From Chiloscyllium plagiosum (Eukaryota), in the NCBI RefSeq assembly GCF_004010195.1, contig NC_057711.1, positions 72,633,226 through 72,697,225 of the forward strand: 64,000 bases of DNA. The letters run 5' to 3'. A program made the translations under genes and the position numbers. Below, one piece after another: positions 52,586 to 64,000 of the stretch. The first letter of the stretch is position 1. Each line of letters starts with the position of its first letter. The notes beneath the pieces were generated by a model. The model was not told the DNA's origin. It worked only from the letters and a program-made list of their open reading frames with translations, and did no database searches.

Positions 52586-54560
52586 TTCATGGGATGTGGA
52601 TATCGTTGACTGGGCAAACATGCTAGCCATCCTAAATCGGTCTTGGAAAAGGGACGTATGCTGCCTTCTTGGATCACTGCAGTCCTTGGAGTGTAGGAAT
52701 ATTCATATTCTATTAGAAAGGATTCTGATCCAGCAACATAGAAGTAACAGTTGATAGATTTCCAAATCAGATTAGTGTGTTACTTGCAGTGGATCTTGCA
52801 GGTATTGGTATTCCCATGCAACTGCTGCTTTTGTCCTTCTATATGCTGGAGGCAGCAGGTTTGAAAGAGGCTGTTGAAGGGGATTTGGTGAATAAATGCA
52901 GTGCATCTTGGAGATGGTACATACTGTTGCTCGGATACATCAGTGGTGAAGACAGCAAATGTTGAAGATGATTGTTGAGGTGTCAAGTATGTGGACTGTT
53001 TTATTTTGATATTGAATTTCTTAAATGTTGTTTGAATTACTAACCTAACTACAAGTGGAGAATATTTGATCGCGCTCCTGAATTGTAACTTGTGGTAGGC
53101 ATTAGAGAGCCAGGACATGCATTGTTCACCATAGAATTCCTAGCCTTTGACCTGCTGTTGTAGTACCAGCATTTAAATAGCTGGTCAACTTCAAGTTCTA
53201 TTTAATAGTAACCCCTTAGGAGATTGATGGTGTGGAGCTCAGTAATGGCTCTGCCATTGAACACTAAAGGTTGATGTTTACATTCTCTCTAGCTGGAGAA
53301 AGCTATTGCTTGGCACTTGTGCTGCACAATTGTTATTTGTTACTTCTCAGCCAAAGCCTAGGTGTTGTCAAGATCTTGCTGAATAGGGACATGGACCTTT
53401 TTCCAATATACCAGGATTTGTGAATGGTGCTGAATGCTGTTCAACCATCGATGCCTATCCCCAAATTTGTCCTCATGATGCTGGGAAGGTCATTGATGAA
53501 GAAGTTGAAGATGGTTGGACCTAAGACAGTATCCTAATGAACCCCTACAGGTACATCTTAGAACTGAGATAATTGACCCCCAGCAACCACAATCACCTTC
53601 CTTTGTGCTCGGTATGATTCCAATCACTGTTCAGCTTCTCTGGAGGTCCATCTGGTCAAATGCCACCGTGATTAGAAGGACAGTCATTCTCATTTCCCCT
53701 CTGGAGTTCAGTTACTTTGACCAAGGCTGAAATGAGGTCAGGAGTTGAGTGACCCTGGTAGATCACACTCTGATTGTCCATTAGCAGCTTATTTCTGTGT
53801 AATTGTTGCTTGATATAATGATTGACCACATTTCCCATAATATGTTGATAATTGAGAGTAGGTTTCTAGGTTGGATGCTGGTGGAGTTAGTTCAGGTGTC
53901 TCAGGTAATAGTGGTATGACAGAACAACACTTAGTGGTGGATACTGCAGGCTCCACCCAAAGAACATCCTGGGTCTTTGCCAGTTTCAGTGTTTCCTTCA
54001 AGTGGTGTTCAAAATGGAGGAGAACGATTCATCAACTGAGACTGCACGGTAGGTACTAATCAGCAGGATTAGTTCCGATGTTTGACATGATGCTATGAGA
54101 TTTCATGGGGTTTGGCATCAATGTTGAGGACTCCCAGGGCAACTTGCATCCAAATGTATAGCATGTGCTGCCACCTCTGCTGGGTCTGTACAGCGTATAG
54201 GACATGATATACCCAGGGGTGGTGATAGTGGTGTCTGGGACGTTGTGTATAAGATATGATCACACGAATATGGCAATGTCAGCCGATTAGTCCATATTAC
54301 AGCTATCCCAAGGACGGCATTCACTTTGAACATTACTTTTCAACTGAATTGCATTTGCCAATGTCACTTCTAGCACTTAGGTCAATATTTGGTGATCAAT
54401 CCAGTTTCATTTCTTTCTTTACATTTTGCAGTTGCTTGATCCAACTAAGTGGCTTTCTTGGCCATTTCAGAGGCTAGTTAGATGTCCACTACATTGATGT
54501 GAGTATGGGGTCACATGTAGGTCAGACTAGGTAAGGATGGCAGATTTCCTTCCCTAATGA
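52586..54560 (-). mobile_element. Degenerate copy of the second CR1-like LINE family
   Basis: Reverse-complement similarity to the 7570-11190 fragments; both ends match the SINE at 5255-5602. Confidence 0.65.
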
Positions 54561-55089
54561 AAAGACTAATCCCCAGCAGCACTCCAAGTGGACCCCAAGA
54601 GGGACCACAGCTGTCGCAACTTCAGTAGCCACTGGGATGTGTAAGTGATGTGCTCACTAGTTTATGCTTTTGATTCCAAATGCATTGCCTCTGTGACCTG
54701 TGTAATTGTAACTGCATTGGCAGATCTTGTGGAAGTGGTACATGCTTTGAGTCAGTGCCATCCCAGAAGTGGAGCTTTCAGGTTCCTACAGTTGCTGTGG
54801 CCTGGGCTTGGGACTGTAAAGAAGAGGAAGAAGGACCACATTGGCAATCAGCACAGTCTATGTCTTTTGTGTTCACTTGTGTGCCCATGCACTTGCACCA
54901 GGTTTGTTGCATTTTCACTGTTATGCCTGGCCATTCCAAACATTCCTCATCTCTTGCAATCCCTTTTCCTCTTCAAGTTTAAGTAGCCTCATACCTGTCA
55001 CTCCATTCNNNNNNNNNNNCATATGTCATCTAACCCACTTGTCTACACACATTTCCATCACACATATGCACATACAGGACCCAAATTGC

Positions 55090-57520
55090 CCCCTCATTTG
55101 ACCTCAGTTGCAAAGAGGTATTGAGGCTACCTTCCAATCTTTGGGAATCTTTCCAGAATCTTTGGAATTTTGGAAGATAACCACAATTTATCCATTATCT
55201 CTATGGCCACCTTTTTCAACATTCTGGAATCTATATTATAGGTACATGAATCGTAACATTCATGGATGTGCATTCCACTTCCCTCATTGCCCAGAGGACT
55301 GTTAAAAATCAACCCCATCACTGTGGGTCAGGAGTTAGATGAAAGCCAGAGTGCATGAGGATGGCAGATTTTTGTCCATAAAGGTTATTAGTGAACAAGA
55401 TGGCCTTTAACACCACTTGATAGTAGATATATTATTGTCATTATGTTGACATCTTTAAATTAAACTTAACCATTTGCTATGGTGGGGTTTGAATCCATCT
55501 CTCTAGAACATTAACCTAGGGATCTAGATTACCATTACCACTATGCCAGCAACTCCCCTCATCTTTATGTCAAGTTTCAGTCCAATTAATTTCTCCTTTA
55601 CGACTTTTTAACAATCTTCATTCTTTCTGTTTCATATTATTTGCTAGTCTTTTAATTTTTGCATGCCCATTTTATGTTTTATATTACTGTACTTTCTATT
55701 TTCTCTTTCTTTAAAAGTATCTTGGTCTTCTTTTGCCAAAGTTTAGGCGAACTACCTTTTTGGTGAATTTATAAACTTCTCACTTTAATCCAATACAATC
55801 TCTAACTCCTGCTGCTTGCAATGTTTGGATCTTCTTTTCCTGTTGGGCTTTTGTGAAACAAAGGAATGGACATTTGTTGGAAAACATGTATTAATTTAAA
55901 TACAATGTATTTCCAAACTATTATCATACCTTCAATGTAGTTTCCCAATCTGCTACAGCCACTTGTCTTTTATACATTTATAGATCCTTTATTCAGATTT
56001 TGAAATTTGGATGCAGTTTCAGATTGAATGACATTTTCAAACTAAGTATAAAATTCAGATGTATTTTGTTCGATTGCCCATTAAGGCTCCTTTACAATGC
56101 AATTATTAATTAGTCTTTTCTCAGTGCACAACATTAAATTTAAAATAGCCCATTCTCTAGTTGGTTCTTCAGCATACGCTTTAAGAAAGCCATCCTGTAT
56201 GCATCCCAAGAATTACCCTGCACAATGTTAAGCTTTCACAGACCAAATACAGATTAAAGTCTCCTATCGCTATGGTATTACCTTTGTGACATGTGCTTCT
56301 AATTTCCTGGTTAATAATGTGCCCTACAATATGACCACAGATTAGTGGCCTATAAACAACTCCCACCAATGTTTGCGGCCCCTTGCTGTTTTTTAGTTCC
56401 AAACAAATTGATTGTGCATCTCTGTGTTCTGATCTAATATTTTTCATCACTCAGGTATTGATGTTATTCTTTGGTAACAGCAATGCTTTACCTCCATTCC
56501 CTTTTCCTCTATGTTTCCTCAATGTTGGATACTCTTCAATATTTAATTCCCATCCTGGTCACTCTGCAGCCAAATTGTGATATTAGCAATAAGAACATAC
56601 ATAACTCCTTTTAATTGTGCCATCAATTCCTCTACTGCACCTTGTTGTAAATGTTATGCATATTCAGATGGAGTACCTTTAATTTTGCATTTTTAACATG
56701 TTTCTACATTTTGACTCTACTTGATGTTGGCCTTTGTTTGTGCTATCTTCCAATTTTGCATTTACTTATCTCCTTGCCATTATGTTTCTCTTCTTTCTGA
56801 ATTTTCTTTCAGGTTCCCATTGCTACTAAGATGCCTTAAACATTATCCAATAGTTTGGCATGTCTCTCTGCAAGGATATTAGTCCTGCTCCTGCTAAGGT
56901 AAAATCTCCTTCCTGTTCGGATGCTACCTATCCCAGAACTGGTCCAAATACCTCAACAATCTAAAACTCTTCCTCCTGTACCATATCAGCCACAGATTTG
57001 TTCACTTTATTCTTCTATATCTGTACTCATGAAGATGTGACACTGGGAGTAAGACTGCGATCATTGCATTTGATGCCTTATTTAGTAATCTATTTCCTAT
57101 TGCTGTAAAATCTGTTTTCAGGACCTCGTCCCTCCTTCAACCGATGCAGTTGACACATGGTGTGAACCATGATCTCTGAATGTTCACCCTGTCCCATAAG
57201 GATGTAGTACAGCCACTCACTGACATCCTTGACTCTGAGTAAGGTGGACTGAAGGGATTCCTGCAATAGCTGCCTTGCCTTCCTCGAACAAGCATTATTT
57301 TGACATGCAGAGTAACTACTTCCATAGACGTACTATCCATATAGCTCACATCATCACAGGTGTGACTTCAGTTGTTGCTGAAATTCCTGAACTCAGATTT
57401 CTGCAGTTGGTGACACTTGTTGATTGTGACTGTCTCGACCACAAAAAGTGTCCACGAATTCCCACATGTCACAGAATGTGAATTCCACACTGCTGAGGTA
57501 CATTGCCATGGTTTAACTTG
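55090..57520 (-). mobile_element. Old CR1 5' portion (ORF1 remnant, APE endonuclease) with a nested SINE at ~55300-55560
   Basis: ORF 56181..56450 (LELKNSKG..TLVGVVYRP...IGDFN); ORF1-like CDMWE near 57470. Confidence 0.72.
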
Positions 57521-57775
57521 ATTCAAAGAGTTTTCATTATAAACTGGAAACTAGAATGTAGAAAGTAGAATCGCCCACCAATTTCTTCCCTGTGCCAATG
57601 CCAGTTTTGATCTCTGCACCCGTCGGCCATTTGTAATGCCCCTTTCGGCTCATGCAGTTTCCCGTTTCTCTCTAATAGCTAGTTACTTATTGAATTTTTA
57701 TTCATACCTCCCATACATCCATTCAATGTACTACTTTAAATGTTAGTAATGCAATATTGTTATGATGAAACATGG

Positions 57776-57953
57776 GGAGAAAGTGAGGACTGCAGATGCT
57801 GGAGATCAGAGCTAAAAATGTGTTGCTGGAAAAGCGCAGCAGGTCAGGCAGCATCCAAGGAACAGGAGATTCCTGAGGAAGGGCTTATGCCCGAAACGTC
57901 GATTCTCCTGTTCCTTGGATGCTGCCTGACCTGCTGCGCTTTTCCAGCAACAC
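57776..57953. mobile_element. PLE pLTR fold-back insertion, 14-bp target duplication
   Basis: atgatgaaacatgg at 57762-57775 and 57954-57967; intact hammerhead core at 57873-57900. Confidence 0.88.
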
Positions 57954-58820
57954 ATGATGAAACATGGCACAATTTTAAACATGGCGTTGCTTAAGCTGTG
58001 ATGACACCTAAATCATGAGAGGATATAACACATGATATGAAATGTGTTGTGAAGGAGAATGTGACATGATGCAAAATGTGTCACATGTAAAGCGTGTGAT
58101 GCATCATGAAAGATGATTTGATATCAATTGTGGCATGACATGAAACATGGATAAATATAATACATTGCATGACATCAACCACAATGTGTTATAAATTATG
58201 GTTATGCAGTCAGAAAACCCAAATGGAGCTTTTAGTTGAGCTCTTTGAGAACTGGTTTGGCACTTCACTAAGATTTCACTCCATGTGATGTCAAACAGAA
58301 GTGGTAGGAGATGACAACCTCCAGGGAGATTTACTTCATTTTTCTGTGGGTCAGCTCGCCTAGTCTCTGAAATGATACACACATTTTGACATCAATGGTA
58401 AAGTTACAGCCTAAGCAGCTTGAATATTCATTTTCAACTCAGAACCAGTTATTATTCTCACTATGGGAGGACATGTGATGCAATTTCCCTGATACTGATG
58501 ACAATATTATATCTCCAATAACTGAAAATACTCAGATTCTTTAACAAGAATGAGACAGAATTATAAGAAAATGCAGGAATGAGTAAAATTCCTTTTATAT
58601 TGCACTCCACCTCACATTGCCAGACAGCCTGGCTGTAATCTGAAAATGAACAGCTGAGTTCATAACAGTAATTTCAGTTCAAAATTTATTTGTTCATTGA
58701 AATGCACTTTTGATTGTCATGAAATCATGATAGAGGCTTTCTTTTTAGCCATAATCCACCGGAAGCTAAAAATAAACACCAAGTAACCATGGGACTTTCC
58801 TTTGAACAAAAGGAACGTTA

Positions 58821-59110
58821 GGGCAGCACGTTGGCTCAATGGTTAGCACTGCTGCCTCATAGCACCAGGGACCCGTGTTCAATGCCAACCTCAGGCGACT
58901 GTTTGTGTGGAGTTTGCACATTCTCCCCATGTCAGTGTGGGGTTCCCACAATCCAAAGATGTGCACGTTAGGTGAATTGGCCATGCTAAATTGCCCACAG
59001 TGTTAGGTGCATTAGTGAGGGGTAAACGTAGGGGAATGAGTCTGACAGGTTACTCTTCGGAGGGTCAGTGTTGGGTTGAAGGGCTTATTTCCATACTGTA
59101 GGGAATCTAA
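58821..59110 (+). mobile_element. HE1-like SINE
   Basis: gggcagcacgttggctcaatggttagcactg head and core. Confidence 0.88.
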
Positions 59111-60879
59111 AACTAACTCATCATATTCTAGAGTTACAACTGATGGAAGGAGATCCATACATGAGGTGCCTGGAGAGAAGCCATGGCATTATATAAAAGC
59201 AATTTTGTTTCCTGTGTTCCTAAACCACTATTCAAGTTCTTGAATGAGACATTAGCCAGGATCTTATTACAGTATGTGCGACCTTAATGTCTGGTTAAAG
59301 TGGGGCTCCTGAGCATACAATATCAGCACTGATAGGGACTCAATTGGCTGCTTCTGAGATCACACTCCAAGTAAGCACAGCAGGCAAGAGATAAATACTA
59401 CATGTCTAATCAGAGGGCAAGTCATTGTAGAGTCTCAGCAGCCCCTCACTGGGAGAGATGGAGCTGCAGAGGGAGGTAAATTGCAGATAGGACACCTTGG
59501 GACTTCTTCAATATGGAGGCACCCTCTGATGGATAAAATTAAATTTTGGAATGGATAGCTGGCAGTATCTCAGATCAGAAGTAAAACACTGGGCATGCAA
59601 TTAGATACCTGCCTTTGTGGTGCATAAATCCAAATCAATTCCAGGCAGTCCCTGTGAAATGTACCTGATGACGGATATTCACTGCGGAGCCATCCCAATG
59701 TGTCTTCTCCATTGTTTTCCCAGCATTCCTCCCCCAATCCTGCCACTATGGGGCATAAACAAATTGTGCCCATTGTTTCAGCACAACCCGAGATGAGGAT
59801 CAGTTGGCTGGCTGGGCACTGGGTTTACAATGCACAGTGAGTTGGTTCAATTCCCACACCACCTGAGGTTAATATAAAGAACTCTCCTCCATAACTTCTC
59901 ATTCTGCCTGAGGTTTGGTGACTCTCAGGTTAAACTGCTACCATCCAGCTCTTTTTGATGAGAGAGTAGCACTACGCTCTGGTAAAACTATGGCAATTCT
60001 CCCCTTTCTAATAGAATACACAAATAAGGAACTCTAACAGCACAGTGGTAGGTGCCTACTTCTGACCCTGAATTCAAGTCCCACCTGAATCAGTGGTGTG
60101 TACTAATATCTCCTGAGCAGGTTGATTAGAAAATATCTAGAATACACAGATTTTACTGAATGATATTATAGAACTGACATTTCTTTGGCTCGGGGAAGTC
60201 CTTTACACCTATGATAGATGAATTGTGTCCCTAGAGAAACATTACTGATAAAGTTCTTATCTTGTGAAATTTAATAATTTATTTTATCTCATAAGAACTT
60301 AAGAATTGAAGGAAAGAACCACTCATGCAGCCAGACTAAATGTAATGTACTCTACCAATGACTATGTTCAGTCTCTGAAAGATAAGTTCTACACAGATGA
60401 CCCTTAATTTCCAAAGGTACTCACCTCAAAGAATCATGGGCTATACTAATTTTTCATTCTCCATCAGCATTTAATCATTAAGGCTAATGCAACACTCCAG
60501 TATTAACAGCTAGCATTTTCATAAGAACTTGCCACATAAGTCACTTTACTGAGGCCTTGAGACAAAAAGATCTTATGAGAGGTGGTGATAACTTCAATCA
60601 TTGAGAAGGGAGACTGAGATATAGAGGAAGAGGATTTAGAGTAGGAATTCCAAAACGAGCTCTCTCTTTTCTCTCAATCACTGAACGAAAATCCTCTAAT
60701 GACTGGATAAAATGAAGAAGGGTGCACAGATGTTTGAGTTGAAGGAATTGAGAATTGCAATAGAATATTGGGGCTTGAATAGCTTACAGATATTGGGAGA
60801 GGCTAAGGCATCAAAATATTTTACATGTGCTGAGAACTTTCAGGTGGTGACCCAGGAGCCAATGTAATCACTAACATAG

Positions 60880-61500
60880 CCAAAAACAAGATACAATATG
60901 TGAGATAAAACATTTCCTGTTATAATATGTGGTGCAACACAGATCATGACAGGTCTTAACTCTTAACAAAAACACGTGACTTGATGTAAAGCATGATCCA
61001 GCATGGAATGAGTCTTGGCGAAGAGATGAAATATAAAATAAAGTGAAACATAACCTGATATATGGCATGATGTCAAATGAATCATCACATAATGATTGAC
61101 TAATATGGAAAATGCGATGTGTCATAAAGGAAGCTGTGACTTGAAATGCGTCATGATGAAAACCATCATGTGATGCAAATGTCTCATTTTGAAAACCATA
61201 AAACAGTGTAAAACATGATACTTTATGTAAACATGACAGACCTAAGATGTGAAATGACATTAAATTTGATGTTGGGCAAAATAAAAAAAAACACAAAAAC
61301 ATGTCATGATATAAATTCTCAACATGTAGAATGTGATGTCAGAAACATGGCATTGCGTAACATGTTTCAGGATGCAAAACATCATTCATTTATGTTAACA
61401 TGTACCTTGAAAAGTGATGACACAAAATTTGAATTGATGTGAAATCCATAGTGATGTGACACATGGTGTGGCATAGTCCAAGGCACGATAGTAAACATAA
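60880..61500. repeat. Degenerate CATG/TG-rich low-complexity repeat (similar tract at 57955-58190)
   Basis: Recurring aaacatg, catgat and atgtga words without a strict period. Confidence 0.55.
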
Positions 61501-61699
61501 GGTTTACTCCAATAAGGTTAGACTAAGCTGATTCCTGTCCAATATGGCCAATGATGTAATCAGCACATTACCTGATCAGACTCAAAGTGGTATTTAAACA
61601 AATACACAACATTGGGAACTTGTCAACTCATAGTTAAAACAATTTACTTCATACAACATCCTTGCTAATTATTTTCTTGAATTCCTCCATCCATTTCAA

Positions 61700-62850
61700 T
61701 TACTGATTTGCAGCTATTTCCAGAATAATACCTTGTATCCTCTCTGGTGAAGATCGTTGCAAAACATCTGCTAAATTCAACAGCTATTCTTTTATTCTCC
61801 ATTAGCCATTCACAAGACTCATTTTCCGTTTGAATAATGTTTAGTTAATTCTTTTGTACTTAAATGTCTGAAGAAAATCTTTCCATCTGTTTTTGAATTT
61901 ATAGCTAACTTTCTTACATAGGCTGATGCCATAATGCGCTGGTTTAAGAAACTATCCTGAAAACATTCAATCAATTCCTCATCTGATTTTTCCAGTCTAT
62001 AGGTAGGTTAAAATCTCCCATGATAATTGCTGTCCCTTTTTGACAAGCTTCTATTTTAATTCCTTTACACCTTATCCTAGCCAGAGTTTATGCTCAAGGG
62101 CCTTTACACCACTCCCACAATGACCGTATTCAATGGCCTTATCATTCCTCTGCCAGACCCAGACTGCGCTGTACCCTGGTTTACTGAATTTAGGTCCTCC
62201 TGTCTATTGTGCCAATATCATCTGTAACATGGGCTCTCCTTCACTCTTTTGTAGCTTTCCATCTTTCCTTAATGTCACATACCCTTAAATATTTAGTTCC
62301 CAATTGAGGTCATCCTGTAGCTACATCTCAGATGTGGCCACTAATACTTACTTAATTCAATTTATACAACTCATTCATCTGTTTTGTTTTGAATGTGAAA
62401 TGCATTCAAATACAGTGTCTCACATTTAGTTTTTTCATTACTTTTCTGATTTGTATGCATAGCTGCTGATTTTATGTTAAATTTGCTTCTCTGTCCCTTC
62501 CTGTCTTTGTCTATTTATCATAACTCCTTCCTTTGTTGTTTTTTTCCCACTCCTTGGATTCACCACAACATCTCAAATTTTGGTCCTTGTTTCCACCATT
62601 AATTTAAAACTTCATTCTACTTCCCTAGCTATACAGTTTGCAAGAACACCGGTCCCAGTACGGTTCAGGAGTTTACCATATCAACAGTATGGAACCCACT
62701 TTCCCCATTATCAGTGATGCTAGTGTCCTATGAACCAAAAACTACTTCTCCCACACCAGCCTTTCAGCAATGCATTCAACTCTTTAACTTTGTTTACCCA
62801 ATACCCAATATTCTCAGTTGCTCAAGTGATAATCCTGCTTCACTGCGCGA
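61700..62850 (-). mobile_element. Old CR1 APE/ORF1 fragment
   Basis: aaaatctcccatgataattg reads IIMGDF on the minus strand; similar to 56100-57000. Confidence 0.6.
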
Positions 62851-62879
62851 CTGTCTGCAGCACACTCTTCCCACAATCT

Positions 62880-63835
62880 TCAGATTTTCAGAGAAACCTT
62901 TCATCATCTGAAGAACAGAGTGTGTGTTGACACAGACCTCAAGGTCAGCATCAAGCTCATGAACTGCAGGCAGCAGAATTACAAACTCTTCGGAAACATT
63001 AGAGGCTTGGATAACATATACCTGACTCCTCAAATCCCTTGAGAAATATCACCAGTCAAGCCTCCCACATTACTCCAAATACACTAATAGGATAGATACT
63101 CCATCATCAGTGCCTTCTCTCATGACAAACATTCTGAGTATCAAGACAATGATTAGGATCAATCAGCTGGTCAGATCACATCATCTGCATGCCTGACACT
63201 AAATCTCCAAAATCTCTGCTCCGAGTTTTGCTGCAGAAACTGGTTACCAAGAAAGATGAGGAGAAAGTGAGGACTGCAGATGCTGGAGATCAGAGCTTAA
63301 AAATGTGTTGCTGGAAAAGCGCAGCTGGTCAGGCAGCATCAAAGGAGCAGGAGAATCAATGTTTTGGGCATAAACCCTTCTTCAGGAATCTTCTTCAAGA
63401 TTCCTGAATAAGGGCTTATGCCCGAAATGTCGATTCTCCTGCTCCTTTGATGCTGCCTGACCTGCTGCGCTTTTCCAGCAACACATTTTTAAGCATAAAC
63501 CAAGAGAGATGAAAAAGATTCAATGATATCGTTGAAGCATTGCTGAAAAGATGAAATATCCCCACCAACTCACAGGAGTCTCTAATCCAAGACTGCCAAA
63601 ACTGGAGAAGAGGTGTCTGTGAAGATGTCAACTATTTTGAATATCTCTGACAGGTCTAGATGGCAGTCAAGGGCAAACGGCAGAAAGAGTATCCAAAAAG
63701 CTGAGCATCTTACCCACTGCCTCTTCAACACCAACTATGGCACTTGCAAGATGGTTTGTGGATCTAATATCAAACTATTTAGCCATCTCAGGGCTCACAA
63801 CCTGGAGGTTTTCTTTGATCTTGAGGAGCTGCCTA
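62880..63835 (+). mobile_element. RTE-clade LINE 3' fragment
   Basis: HIICMPDTKSPK, KRFNDI, WRR and terminal CKMVCGSNIKLFSHLRAH, typical of RTE C-termini. Confidence 0.7.
63260..63498. mobile_element. PLE pLTR fold-back insertion in the RTE
   Basis: accaagaaagatga (63246-63259) and accaagagagatga (63499-63512); near-perfect inverted arms. Confidence 0.85.
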
Positions 63836-64000
63836 AAAAGGTAGAAGCTAAAACTTCATTAACAAACTGTTAAAAATATAATTTTCAAAATCATGTTAGA
63901 GAATGTTTGTTTCTCATGAATACAAAATTAGTTTTTCAATGTCAGTGATTTTCATTATTAAGTATCAACTGAGCCCATTGTGAAAAATCCAGTTATATTT

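Overview
Repeat-dense vertebrate genomic DNA. The HE1-type tRNA SINEs, HER1/CR1-type LINEs and Penelope relics point to a cartilaginous fish, probably a shark (inference). No host protein-coding gene can be supported. The main feature is a degraded ~8.45 kb endogenous retrovirus (35928-44379). It has two ~540-bp LTRs, an exact 18-nt tRNA-Ser primer-binding site, a 26-bp tandem array in the leader, gag (MGQ start, PPPY late domain) and protease. After protease comes a candidate 2H-phosphoesterase domain, then integrase with RT/RNase H missing. The env TM subunit has an ASLV/filovirus-GP2-like internal, cysteine-flanked fusion loop. The second theme is Penelope-like element (PLE) termini carrying minimal hammerhead-ribozyme cores. 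Many are inserted as short fold-back units between 14-18 bp target duplications. The rest is nested CR1, L2-like and RTE LINE fragments, SINEs, two TA-flanked MITEs, three assembly gaps and a few repeat-free islands that may be conserved non-coding DNA. Repeat boundaries were read by eye and are approximate.
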